Source of the DNA: Candidatus Latescibacterota bacterium
Lineage (GTDB): Bacteria > Latescibacterota > UBA2968
NCBI GenBank assembly: GCA_965222605.1
Contig: OZ244960.1
Coordinates: 4,320,001-4,384,000, forward strand
Reading direction: 5' to 3'
DNA: 64,000 nucleotides
Positions within the stretch are counted from its first letter, which is position 1; each line of letters begins with the position of its first letter. The position numbers and the translations under genes were made by a program. Of this stretch, positions 1 through 9,686 are shown piece by piece. The notes below the pieces were generated by a model that did no database searches, had not been told where the DNA came from, and saw nothing but the letters and a program-made list of their open reading frames with translations.

Positions 1-651
1 CTTTTGGATCAGGAGAGTAAGTTCATCAATGCCAAGGGCTTGTATCTGCAAAGGCGTAGGTGCTACGTTGAGGATCTGTTGTGCGGTTTTGCCTGTTATA
101 TCGCTGAAGAGGGACACAAACTCAGGAAAGAGGACATCCAGGATACGATGAAGCACGTTTTTAGCCGCTGTGATTTGATCTTTCTTTTCATAGCGCATCG
201 CTGTCAAGGCACGCAAATCGGCATAGACCCCTTCAGGCAGATAGGCCCTGTGAGACTTGCCCTGGCGTACCAGTTCAGCGATGACACCAGCATCCTTGTC
301 GTCTGTTTTTAAGGGACTGTTGTCCCCCATCTCTTTCGACCAGCGCACATGGGAAGGCTGAATCAGGACGAAGGGCTGTTTATGAGCCCGCAGAAAGTAG
401 GCCAACGGCAACCAATAATGTCCAGTAGGTTCCATACCAATCAGGGTTGCCGCACACTGATGGTGCTTTTCAACCTGTCGGATTTTGTCGAGCAATGACA
501 TAAAGGACATACCTTCATTGTAGAGTTTGAATGCGGCGATCTGCCTGCCTTCTAACATCATCTTGACGAAGTGAACCGATTTACCGATATCAATGCCAAC
601 GATCAAGGTGTTGGGTTCTACATACTCGATTTGCTTGTGATGCTTGGCCAT
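1..651 (-). mobile_element. IS110-family transposase/recombinase, N-terminal DEDD (RuvC-like) domain; continues beyond the window start
   Basis: Absent from the ORF track because there is no stop in the window. Manual translation from ATG 651 (SD GAGGAG) is open to base 1: MAKHHKQIEYVEPNTLIVGIDIGK...IGMEPTGHYWLPL...PLKTDDKDAGVIA...LHRILDVLFPE, containing the GIDxxK, E-x-TG and KTDxxDA motifs of IS110. Confidence 0.92.
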
Positions 652-790
652 GGTTGCCTCCTCGAAGAAGATAATTAAATGGTTTTTTTGCAATCTTCGA
701 ATTTGGCAACTATGGCCTGTTTACTCAACTTTTTTCTTTACCCTTTATTATAGCAATCACCGCTCAGTGTCTTTGTGTGAGCCCACTCCC

Positions 791-2770
791 ATGGAAAAAT
801 TGACTGCGAAAAGTACTGTTCTATCAAAAGTGACGCGGCGATCCCTGATAATCGGTTTGGTCATGGCGGCGTGGGTCAATTTTTGGCCTGTGTACGCGAG
901 TCTGGTGCTGCATTCCACACGCGCTGATCACGCGCATTTGTCTGTGGCTATGCTCATTCCATATTTGTTTTTGTTGGTGGGCAATCTGTTTCTGGGGCGG
1001 CGCGGTTTGTCGCCTTCTGAGTTGCTGGTCGTGTGTTGCATAGGCATAGTAGCCGCGTGTATGCAGGGTGAGTGGTTGTCGAACTATCTTCTCGAAGCGC
1101 TCACTATGCCGCACTATTTTGCGTCGGCAGAGAATCGCTGGGGCGAATTGCTGTTGCCGCATTTGCCGGGGTGGGCTGTGGTGAATGATCGCACTGCTGT
1201 GACGCATTTTTACGAGGGACTTCCACCCGGGCAGGGATTTCCCTGGCGTTTGTGGATTGCCCCGCTGTTCTGGTGGGGCACTTTTTTGGGTGCTATACTG
1301 GGTGTCAATCTCTGCTTGAGTGTGATTTTGCGAAAGCAGTGGGTGGCGCATGAGCGACTGGCTTTTCCCGTGGCGCGCGCGCTTTTGGAACTGACGGGTG
1401 TGTCTGGAACGCGCGGCACGCTTTCCTCTCTGGTGCAGTCGCGATTTTTTATCGTGGGATTTGCCATCACCTTTTTGATGATTTGCTGGTTTATGCTTAC
1501 CTGGTTTTATGTGGCTGTTCCGCCGCCGCCCATTTTGAGTGGGAATTTTGCGTCTAAAGTGTTGCCTCTTGCGCGGGGTTTTCCGCCTTTTCAGTTGCGG
1601 TTCAGTATTTTGACACTGGTATTTGGCTATTTCACAAATCTGGAAGTGCTGTTTTCAATCTGGTTTTTTCATGTGCTGGCCATTGTGCAGGCGGGGGTGT
1701 TTAATCGCTTTGGTCTGGAAGTGGGGAGTGTGGATCCGTGGGGGTCTTTTCACGCGGCGGTGGGATGGCAGAGTTTTGGCGGGATGATCGTTTTTGTCGG
1801 CTGGGGTCTGTGGATTGCGCGGTCGCATTTGCGGGATGTTTTTCGCAAAGCGTTCTGGGGCGATGAGCGCGTGGATGATACCGGGGAATTGATGTCGTAT
1901 CGGACCTCTGTGTGGATGATGCTGGGCTGCTCTGTATATCTTTTGTTGTGGCTGAAAAGCGCGGGTATGGCCTGGGGACCCATTTTTGCATTTTATTTTG
2001 CCACGCTGGTCTTGTATTTAGGATTGGCGCGGATTATGGTGGAGAGTGGGCTTATATTTTTGCGCGGACCTATTACGGCACAGGCTTTTACCTGGCATTT
2101 GTTCGGTGTTTTGGGCATGGGGCCGGGCAGTGCGGTGATTTTGACGCTGACCAATGCGTTTGCATGCGATGCCAAGACGTTTGCGATGACGCCTATGGCG
2201 CATGTGCCGAGGTTGAGCATGGCGATAAATCGCAGGTTTCGCAAAGTGCTCGCGCCGGGCGTGATGTTGGGGGCATTGATTGGGGCTGTGACGGCGGTGG
2301 GATTTATTTTGTATTACGGCTATTATGTGATGGGGAGTTACAATTTTGGAACTGTGAGTTTTCGGGGCATTGGGGCGCTGAATCTGGCGGGGTTTAACCA
2401 ACTGGCCGCGGGGCGCATTCAGGCTGGGGCAATGGGTACGAGTTGGGATCGCATCGGTTTTTTGGGGATTGGCGCCGCGCTTACAGGATTGTTGTTTTTC
2501 TTGCGGTATCGGTTCCCGGGGTTTCCGCTTCATCCGATTGGGTTTACGATTTCAGCTTCTGCACCACTTCGCAATACAACGCTGACGATTTTTATTGTTT
2601 GGGCGTTGAAGACGATTGTTCTGCGGCTTGGCGGATTGGAGCGCTATCGCAAGTTGACACCGCTTTTTTTGGGGATGATGGTTGCTTATATGGCGGGCAC
2701 GGCAATCGGTGTTGTTGTGGATTGGATCTGGTTCCGCGGACAGGGGCATATGATCCATGTTGCGTGGTGA
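791..2770 (+). CDS. Polytopic inner-membrane protein, DUF6785/DUF6784-like putative transporter (paralog 1)
   Basis: Many hydrophobic segments. Motifs PHYFASAENRW, QWVAHERLAFP, FPLHPIG and LRLGGLERYR are shared with 23229-25226 and 29814-31835. Start moved to ATG 791 because the longer 644 start overlaps the IS110 end. Confidence 0.8.
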   Translation: MEKLTAKSTVLSKVTRRSLIIGLVMAAWVNFWPVYASLVLHSTRADHAHLSVAMLIPYLFLLVGNLFLGRRGLSPSELLVVCCIGIVAACMQGEWLSNYLLEALTMPHYFASAENRWGELLLPHLPGWAVVNDRTAVTHFYEGLPPGQGFPWRLWIAPLFWWGTFLGAILGVNLCLSVILRKQWVAHERLAFPVARALLELTGVSGTRGTLSSLVQSRFFIVGFAITFLMICWFMLTWFYVAVPPPPILSGNFASKVLPLARGFPPFQLRFSILTLVFGYFTNLEVLFSIWFFHVLAIVQAGVFNRFGLEVGSVDPWGSFHAAVGWQSFGGMIVFVGWGLWIARSHLRDVFRKAFWGDERVDDTGELMSYRTSVWMMLGCSVYLLLWLKSAGMAWGPIFAFYFATLVLYLGLARIMVESGLIFLRGPITAQAFTWHLFGVLGMGPGSAVILTLTNAFACDAKTFAMTPMAHVPRLSMAINRRFRKVLAPGVMLGALIGAVTAVGFILYYGYYVMGSYNFGTVSFRGIGALNLAGFNQLAAGRIQAGAMGTSWDRIGFLGIGAALTGLLFFLRYRFPGFPLHPIGFTISASAPLRNTTLTIFIVWALKTIVLRLGGLERYRKLTPLFLGMMVAYMAGTAIGVVVDWIWFRGQGHMIHVAW

Positions 2771-2776
2771 GTAGGC

Positions 2777-3736
2777 CTACTTTGCTTTTATCTGCTGATA
2801 TAAATTGGGGATTGTCTCGCGGTGGTCGCCCTGGATATAATAGCTTTGGCCGCCGTCGCGAACCGTGCGGACGAGGATGGTTTTGAAGGGGCGGTAGTAA
2901 TAACGGGGGTCGGTTTTGGGGGCTTCGGTGTCGAGGTCGTCGCCGAGGGGGATGAGGTCGAAGACAGCAGTGGTAAATTTGGCTATGCTGCGACCTTCCT
3001 GGCGGGCGACATTGCGGGCCATGGCGAGGGCTTTGAGATAGACTTCAGGTCCCATGATGGCCGTGCCGATGTTGAGCAAGACGCCGCCTTCGAGGTGGGA
3101 AATGGATTCTGTAAAAATTAAGAAGTCGGTGTAGGTGCTCGCGCCAATTGCTGCACCGTCGCAATTGGGGTGTTCGTGAACGATGTCATAACCGATGCTG
3201 ACGTGTGTGGTGATGGGGATGTTGAGTCGAGCAGCAGCGGCAAAAATGCTGATGTCTTTGTGTGGGAAATCGCTTTCGAGGATGTTGCGTCCGACCGCTT
3301 CGCCAAGTCCAATGCCTTTTTGCGCCGCTGTTTGGGCAATGAGGTTGAGGTCGCCAGTTTCGGTCCATAGCCCAAATTCTCCGGTGCGGATATATTTGCC
3401 CACGCTTTCGGTGGTCGCGCCGATACGGGCAAATTCGTAGTCGTGAATAGCACAGGCTCCATTGCCCGCAATATGGGTGATGAGGCCGCGTTCCATCAGG
3501 TCGATGAGGTAGCGCGCGGCGCCAGAGCGGATGACGTGTGCGCCGATCATGAAAATGACCGCGCGATTGTTTTGCCTGGCGCGTACAATTCGATCTGCGA
3601 CGATGGGAAGGTTGGGGTTGTCAAAAGGCGGGATTGGCGCGTTGAGATCGGGAATTTGATCGACAGAGAGGTCGTGTTCCCGCTGGTTGAGCGGGCGGAG
3701 TTTGAGTTTGGAGCGGTCAAAGGTTTTGTAAGGCAT
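2777..3736 (-). CDS. Conserved hypothetical protein, deoxyhypusine-synthase-like (DHS-like NAD-binding) fold
   Basis: 319-aa ORF with motifs GAHVIR, NGACAIHD, IGYDIVHEHP, GTAIMGPEVYLKAL typical of this uncharacterised family. Confidence 0.6.
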   Translation of the reverse strand: MPYKTFDRSKLKLRPLNQREHDLSVDQIPDLNAPIPPFDNPNLPIVADRIVRARQNNRAVIFMIGAHVIRSGAARYLIDLMERGLITHIAGNGACAIHDYEFARIGATTESVGKYIRTGEFGLWTETGDLNLIAQTAAQKGIGLGEAVGRNILESDFPHKDISIFAAAARLNIPITTHVSIGYDIVHEHPNCDGAAIGASTYTDFLIFTESISHLEGGVLLNIGTAIMGPEVYLKALAMARNVARQEGRSIAKFTTAVFDLIPLGDDLDTEAPKTDPRYYYRPFKTILVRTVRDGGQSYYIQGDHRETIPNLYQQIKAK

Positions 3737-3749
3737 GTTCGTGGGATTT

Positions 3750-4472
3750 TTAAATGTATTGATATGCTTTCATCGCAGGATGCAAAAATTCAAAATCATG
3801 GATGCCGTTATCGGTTTTCCACCTGCCCACGGAATCGGGGCGCACGATCACTTTGCCCAATGGAAATCCGAGAAATTTTTCTACCCGCGCAAATGTCTCA
3901 TCCTGATTTGTGATCGCATCCTCAAATCGCACGGTGATACAGTGTTTGGGCTCCGGCGTGGATTTCATGATTTCATACTGATACAACCAGGAAATCGCTC
4001 GCCGCTCGCGTATGTCATCTGTTTGCGGATATTGAATATCGAAATCGTGCAAATCATCTGTTTTGTGCCGCCGCAATATGCAATCGCGCGGGTCGCGCAC
4101 CCAGTGAATATATTTGGCATCGGGAAATATCCGCACAATCCACGGATAGACCAGTGTGGTTTCGGGTAATTTCCATCCGTAGTTCTCGGACCGATTTCTG
4201 GGGGGAAGCACGTCTTGCAAATAGGTTTCGACCAGGTGGATAAATTCGGGATCGATGTCCATGGTATGCAAATCATCAAAATTCCACGATAGCCCGCCAT
4301 TCCATTTCACGTATTTTGCCATTACGCGGCACGCATCGTACAGTGCGGCGGGGGGCATTTTATCGCCCGACGCATTGATCAATCCGCCCATGTACACACC
4401 GCTGGCATAGAGCGTGTGCGAAATCAACCGCGTGCCCGAATGCCCACGCCCGATGACTGTGATTAACGACAA
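3750..4472 (-). CDS. Sulfotransferase family protein
   Basis: N-terminal PAPS-binding loop GRGHSGT, plus YGWKLP, WVRDPRD and VRFED. Confidence 0.8.
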   Translation of the reverse strand: MSLITVIGRGHSGTRLISHTLYASGVYMGGLINASGDKMPPAALYDACRVMAKYVKWNGGLSWNFDDLHTMDIDPEFIHLVETYLQDVLPPRNRSENYGWKLPETTLVYPWIVRIFPDAKYIHWVRDPRDCILRRHKTDDLHDFDIQYPQTDDIRERRAISWLYQYEIMKSTPEPKHCITVRFEDAITNQDETFARVEKFLGFPLGKVIVRPDSVGRWKTDNGIHDFEFLHPAMKAYQYI

Positions 4473-4484
4473 TGTTTTTCCTCC

Positions 4485-5294
4485 TTATAATTTTTTTTCA
4501 AACTCATTTTTTACGCGAATTTTATCGGCCGCATTTCCAAAGCCCAGGCTAAACCATCCTTCATATCCCAGGGTATTTAAGCGTTTGAAAAGCGCGTCAA
4601 AATCGATTGTTCCTTCCCCTGGCACCAGGTGTATTTCATAATCGCCATTGTTATCATTTACGCGTACCTGGCCGATGTTATTTACTCCAAAGATATCGAG
4701 AAATCCAGTCCAGCCCTCGGGCACGAGATGCCCGTGCGCGACGTTGAAAGCCCACTTGAAGTGATCGGATTGAATGGCATCAAAAAACCACTGTGTCTCT
4801 TCGACATTGTGCGGTAAATAGTGAATTTCGGCGTGTTCGGGTTCCAAATTGTGATTTTCAAAATAGATCGATACATCGGTTTTTTCCGCTCGATGAACTA
4901 ACCGCTTCATGCGTTCTATGGCAGCATCTCGGCGCGAGTCTATATCGCCAAAATGATAGCCTCCATGGCCGACGATCCAGCCGCATCCCAACCGAACCGC
5001 CAGATCAAAATTGGCGTTCACATAGTCATCGACTGCCTCGGATAATATCGGCACGTATTCGGCATTGTTAATGGCGGAAGAGGGATGTACGCCGATTTGC
5101 ACTTCGTGTTTTTCGCACAGATCTCGAATGCGTTTTACGCGCGCATTGTCAAAAGAAGTTAGATTATTTGGGGACATATCGGCTTGAAAGTCGATATAGC
5201 GAAATCCATTTTCTGCACCCCATACAATGCCTTCTTCAAGGGGTGTGGACTTGTCCATGTTGTATCCAAATCGCCCGCTCATTATTGTCTCCAT
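4485..5294 (-). CDS. Sugar phosphate isomerase/epimerase (xylose-isomerase-like TIM barrel)
   Basis: Metal-ligand-type motifs FENH, NVAH, NDNNG..EIHLVPGEGTIDF; SD GGAG upstream. Confidence 0.8.
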   Translation of the reverse strand: METIMSGRFGYNMDKSTPLEEGIVWGAENGFRYIDFQADMSPNNLTSFDNARVKRIRDLCEKHEVQIGVHPSSAINNAEYVPILSEAVDDYVNANFDLAVRLGCGWIVGHGGYHFGDIDSRRDAAIERMKRLVHRAEKTDVSIYFENHNLEPEHAEIHYLPHNVEETQWFFDAIQSDHFKWAFNVAHGHLVPEGWTGFLDIFGVNNIGQVRVNDNNGDYEIHLVPGEGTIDFDALFKRLNTLGYEGWFSLGFGNAADKIRVKNEFEKKL

Positions 5295-5343
5295 AAAGTT
5301 GATTGTCCTGGACCGGGAATGGCACTGTGACTACGGATGAATA

Positions 5344-6540
5344 TCAATTTAGAGCCTGGTACACGAGTGTCTTAAATTCAGCGCGAATGCGATAGTAATT
5401 TGCGGGCATAAATTGCGTGAGCAATAACCCGACGAGTTCTTCTTCATAATCGATCCAGAACGCTGTTGTTGCCGCACCGCCCCAGCGAAATGTACCCACA
5501 CTGCCGGGACCGCCAGAGGCTGCATTGAGCAAAATCGCGCCTCCCAGGCCAAAACCTTCACCCGCCAGATTTGTCAGTCCCAGAGAAATGGGCATCAATT
5601 CATCTGGCAAGTGATTCATTGTCATTAGTTCAACAGTTTTTCGCCCCAGCAGGCGCACGCCTTGAAACGCGCCGCCATTGAGCATCATGTGGCAGAAGCG
5701 GATGTAATCAGAGGCTGTGGAGACCAATCCGCCGCCACCGGAAAAGAATTTCTGCGGACTGGAAAACTTGCTGGTCGCCGGGTCATCAATCACTCGAATC
5801 CCACCTTCTTGTGCTGGCCCGTAATTTGTTGCAAATCGATGTCCCTGTCCCTCGCGCACCCAAAATCCCGTGTCTTCCATGCCCAGAGGATCTAAAATTC
5901 GCTCTCTGAAAAACGCATCGAGAGACATGCCGGAGATAACTTCGACAAAATGACCGAGTACATCGGTCGATACGCTGTAACGCCAGGTCGTACCCGGTTG
6001 ATTCGCCAGCGGTAGTGTTGCCAGTGTTTGCACCATTTCTTTTGTCGAATGGTCTGGCCGCGTAATTTTTGCCTGATTGTACAGTTGATCAACGGGCGAA
6101 GTGCCCAAAAAGCCATAAGTCAGCCCCGATGTGTGGGTCATCAAATGGCGAATCGTGATTTCTCGCTCCAGATCATCTGGGGGAACGCCTGTACCGGCAA
6201 AGACTTTCATATCTTTCAATTCTGGAATAAAATCCGATACGGGATCATCCAGTTGAAAAAGTCCTTCTTCATAGAGCATCATGGCCGCGACAGTTGTGAT
6301 CGGTTTGGTCATTGAATAAATCCGAAAAATCGTATCGCGTGTTGTGGGCACTTTTGTGTCTTGCGTTCCGAAAGCACAAAAATGCGCGATTTTGCCCTGC
6401 CGACAAACCATCGTTACAATGCTGACCAGTTTGCCTTCGTCGATATAGCGTTGCATCACGCGATTAATGCGGTGCAGACGCGTAGCTGATAGTCCCACAT
6501 CTTCTGGTGCAACAATGGGAAGCCCTGGATCGCTGTCCAA
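5344..6540 (-). CDS. Serine hydrolase, class C beta-lactamase/esterase family
   Basis: SMTK (SxxK), LMTHTSGL, WRYS, GGGGL, WGG motifs; TTG start after AAGGAG. Confidence 0.9.
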   Translation of the reverse strand: MDSDPGLPIVAPEDVGLSATRLHRINRVMQRYIDEGKLVSIVTMVCRQGKIAHFCAFGTQDTKVPTTRDTIFRIYSMTKPITTVAAMMLYEEGLFQLDDPVSDFIPELKDMKVFAGTGVPPDDLEREITIRHLMTHTSGLTYGFLGTSPVDQLYNQAKITRPDHSTKEMVQTLATLPLANQPGTTWRYSVSTDVLGHFVEVISGMSLDAFFRERILDPLGMEDTGFWVREGQGHRFATNYGPAQEGGIRVIDDPATSKFSSPQKFFSGGGGLVSTASDYIRFCHMMLNGGAFQGVRLLGRKTVELMTMNHLPDELMPISLGLTNLAGEGFGLGGAILLNAASGGPGSVGTFRWGGAATTAFWIDYEEELVGLLLTQFMPANYYRIRAEFKTLVYQALN

Positions 6541-6798
6541 AATTCGCTCCTTTCGACTAACTTGATTTGAAACATCCGGTTCCGATCAAAATATACGAAC
6601 TCGCCTGGGAAAAAAAACCACTATGTCTTTCTGCACATTTCCTATCGCCTTTTGACCCGCATAGTCTGTTCTTGACCTTTTCGATTGCAGGCTTCATGGT
6701 AGTGCAACAATTGAAATTGCGCAATCCATACAAAAGGATCTGGCTTTTGTTGCGTGCAATATTTCAAAACTGAGCCGGATATCAGAAAAGGATGAGCT

Positions 6799-8352
6799 AT
6801 GGACGCACCTCGCCCGAATATTTTGATTTTTCTGGTCGATGAAATGCAGTTTGACGTTACCCAACCCTCGTCACCCTGTCAGATGCCTGCCCTCCAAAAA
6901 TTCGCAGAAGAAGGCGTCACTTTTACCCGGGCGTTTACACCCTCTCCTCACTGCTGCCCTTCGCGTGCAACGCTCATGACCGGTGTTTATCCCAGCAGAC
7001 ATGGTGTATTCAACAATGTAGAAACCGATACGGCCCACCAGTTTGGTCTAAATCCAGGTGTCCGAACGTTTGCTCAGGACCTGATCAGAGCCGGATACCG
7101 GCTCTCGTATGCAGGCAAATGGCATCTATCAAATGAAGAAACGCCGGCAGACCGCGGCTGGAAGGAAGTGACCTCATTTGCAAAAAAAATTCCCCGGGGC
7201 CACAGACAGTGGGCCGGGCGCACTGCAAAACCAGTGGTGCTTGATCGACCTAGAGCGCACGGACACATGGTGCGTCCCGGTTGGGGCGATCAGGTAATCA
7301 ACTCGGGCTTTGTAGATGACATCTTGCAAACACACTATTATCAAAATGCCGTGGGACCGGGCATTGAAGAGCTTCACCGCCTGACCCAGGAAGACGATCC
7401 CTGGTGTTTGTGCATCAGCACAGACATGGGACCCAAAAGCGTGGGCGTAAGGGCGCTTTTTGAACAATACGATCCATCTACCTTTGATCTGCCTCCAAAC
7501 TTCCACGACAAAATGGAAGACAAACCCAATATCTACCGTCGCATACGGGAGCAGGTCTGGGGCCAGCTCAGCCTGACCGAAGTGTGCGAAGGCATGGCGT
7601 CTTATTTTGCCAATTGCAGCCTCGAAGACTGCTATTTTAAACGCATCTTGCAAGCCCTTGAAGAAACCGGCAAAGCCGACGACACCCTGGTCCTGTTCAT
7701 CTCAGATCACGGAGACTACAATTTTGCACATGGTCTGCAATATATGGGCATTCCGCCTTTCCGGGAAGCCTACCACGTACCTGTTGTCGCCCGCTGGCCA
7801 AGGGGCCTCGTTGCTCCGGGCCGAACCGTCGATCACCTCGTATCGCTCTGCGACATTGCACCCACACTGATCGAACTGGTCGGAACAACACCCGAAGATG
7901 ACAAAAGCGGGCGCAGCCTGGTTCCATTTTTACAGAATGAAACACCTTCAAACTGGCGGGACGACCTGTTTTTTCAAACCAATGGAAACGAAGTCTATTA
8001 TACCCAGCGTATTGCCATGACGGATCGATATAAATATGTGTACAACGCATTTGATTACGACGAACTCTACGACCTGGAAAAAGACCCTGGTGAACTGGTC
8101 AACCTCATCCATCCTTCCCGGTATCCACAGCCCGAACCGTTTGCAGAAACGCCGGAACAAGACGTACATCCCTTGCCTCGAATAGCCCCGCAATTCGAAC
8201 CGGTACGGCGAGAAATGATGTCTCGTATCTGGGCGTTTGCGATCCAGGAAAACGACACCATATTCAGTGGTTTTGCGCCCATTGCCGTTGCCACATACGG
8301 TCCAATGGTCGGGCTGGAATGGATGCGAGGAGATCGCAATGCGCAAACTTAA
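6799..8352 (+). CDS. Formylglycine-dependent sulfatase (S1 family)
   Basis: CCPSRATLMTG (CxPxR), GKWHL, SDHG, ELYDLEKDPGE. Confidence 0.93.
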   Translation: MDAPRPNILIFLVDEMQFDVTQPSSPCQMPALQKFAEEGVTFTRAFTPSPHCCPSRATLMTGVYPSRHGVFNNVETDTAHQFGLNPGVRTFAQDLIRAGYRLSYAGKWHLSNEETPADRGWKEVTSFAKKIPRGHRQWAGRTAKPVVLDRPRAHGHMVRPGWGDQVINSGFVDDILQTHYYQNAVGPGIEELHRLTQEDDPWCLCISTDMGPKSVGVRALFEQYDPSTFDLPPNFHDKMEDKPNIYRRIREQVWGQLSLTEVCEGMASYFANCSLEDCYFKRILQALEETGKADDTLVLFISDHGDYNFAHGLQYMGIPPFREAYHVPVVARWPRGLVAPGRTVDHLVSLCDIAPTLIELVGTTPEDDKSGRSLVPFLQNETPSNWRDDLFFQTNGNEVYYTQRIAMTDRYKYVYNAFDYDELYDLEKDPGELVNLIHPSRYPQPEPFAETPEQDVHPLPRIAPQFEPVRREMMSRIWAFAIQENDTIFSGFAPIAVATYGPMVGLEWMRGDRNAQT

Positions 8353-9661
8353 AATCGTGCTCGTTGGCGGTGGCAGTTTCCGATGGACGCCTCGTCTGGT
8401 CTGCAACATATTGGAAAACGCATCGCTCAACGGCAGCTACGTCGTGCTTTACGATATCAACAGCCAAGCGCTCGAACTCACCGGCAAACTGTCTGAGAAG
8501 TACAGGGCATTGTACAAATCCGACACCACCTTTGCTCATACAACCGATCAGGCCGAAGCCTTAGAGGGAGCCGACGCCGTAGTGGTCACCTTATCCACAG
8601 GTGGTCTGGAAGCCATGCAACAGGATCTGAAAATACCCGAAACATTTGGTATTTTCCATACCGTAGGCGATACGATTGGCCCTGCTGGCCTCTCCAGATC
8701 TCTGCGCAACATTCCCATTATGCTCGACCTGGCGCACGCCATGGAAACCCACTGTCCAGATGCCTGGATGCTCAACTGCTCCAACCCCCTCTCAGCCCTC
8801 ACCCACAGCGTAACCTGCCAGACCAGCATCAAAGCCATGGGCGTCTGCCACGGTGTGGTCGGTGCTGCCAAAATCTACGCTGAATTTTTCGGTACCCAGA
8901 ACAAGGCCTGCGCCTGGTCGCACACTGGTATCAACCACTTCTCCTGGTTTACCCGATTTTTTGTAGAAGGCCGTTGCGCCTGGGAGATCCTCGCTGAAAA
9001 AGGCCTGGACGCATGGCTTGCACTTTCGCCAGAACAGGCAAAAAAAGATCCCGTATTTGGCTCGCTCTACGGGTTTCGTTGTGGCCTCAAACTTGGCCGT
9101 ACATTAGGTGCCATCCCAGCCATTGGCGATCGCCACCTGGTTGAGTTCCTTCCCGGCTATCTCATCAGCGAGGATCGCCTGGTCTCATACGGTCTGGTGC
9201 GCACCACTATAGAAGGACAAAAGCGACAGGCCGCTGGATATCGCTCCCGAGTAGAGCGCTTCATCAAAGGGGAAGAAGACCTGCCCCCTGTCGCCAGCCG
9301 AGACAATGTGGCTGCCTGGATCGCGGGCCTCTTTGGAGGACCACCCGCCCACGACAATCTCAACGCCCCCAACACAGGCCAGATTCCGCAGTTGCCCGAC
9401 GGCGTGATCGCAGAAACTCGCGGACTGCTCGACACAGCTGGCATCCATCCTTTTGTCAGCCCAATGCCAAAAGCCATTGAAGCGATCATTCGTCCCCAGG
9501 CACTTCGTGAAGCACTGACCGTAGAAGCAGCATTAGAAGGCAGCTTTGAAAAGGCGCTATCCGTCATGATGACCGATCCTCTTCTTCCCTCCGTAGAAAT
9601 TGCCCGTCCAATGCTTGAAGCCCTCATCGCAGCCACCCGCAGGTGGCTACCTCAATTTTAA
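8339..9661 (+). CDS. Glycoside hydrolase family 4 (NAD+/Mn2+-dependent, MelA-like alpha-galactosidase/alpha-uronidase)
   Basis: KIVLVGGGS Rossmann start, GDTIGPAG, NCSNP, GVCHG, GINH. ATG 8339 overlaps the sulfatase end. Confidence 0.9.
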   Translation: MRKLKIVLVGGGSFRWTPRLVCNILENASLNGSYVVLYDINSQALELTGKLSEKYRALYKSDTTFAHTTDQAEALEGADAVVVTLSTGGLEAMQQDLKIPETFGIFHTVGDTIGPAGLSRSLRNIPIMLDLAHAMETHCPDAWMLNCSNPLSALTHSVTCQTSIKAMGVCHGVVGAAKIYAEFFGTQNKACAWSHTGINHFSWFTRFFVEGRCAWEILAEKGLDAWLALSPEQAKKDPVFGSLYGFRCGLKLGRTLGAIPAIGDRHLVEFLPGYLISEDRLVSYGLVRTTIEGQKRQAAGYRSRVERFIKGEEDLPPVASRDNVAAWIAGLFGGPPAHDNLNAPNTGQIPQLPDGVIAETRGLLDTAGIHPFVSPMPKAIEAIIRPQALREALTVEAALEGSFEKALSVMMTDPLLPSVEIARPMLEALIAATRRWLPQF

Positions 9662-9686
9662 ATTTAAAACATCCGGTTCCGAACCC

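Noticed and set aside
4-312. 102-aa plus-strand ORF
   Set aside because: Antisense to the IS110 transposase frame.
644-790. N-terminal extension of the 708-aa ORF
   Set aside because: Runs through the IS110 end; the paralogs align from about Met 791.
5344-6540. Antibiotic-resistance beta-lactamase
   Set aside because: No signal peptide, and a WGG box typical of EstB-like esterases; a generic serine hydrolase is more likely.
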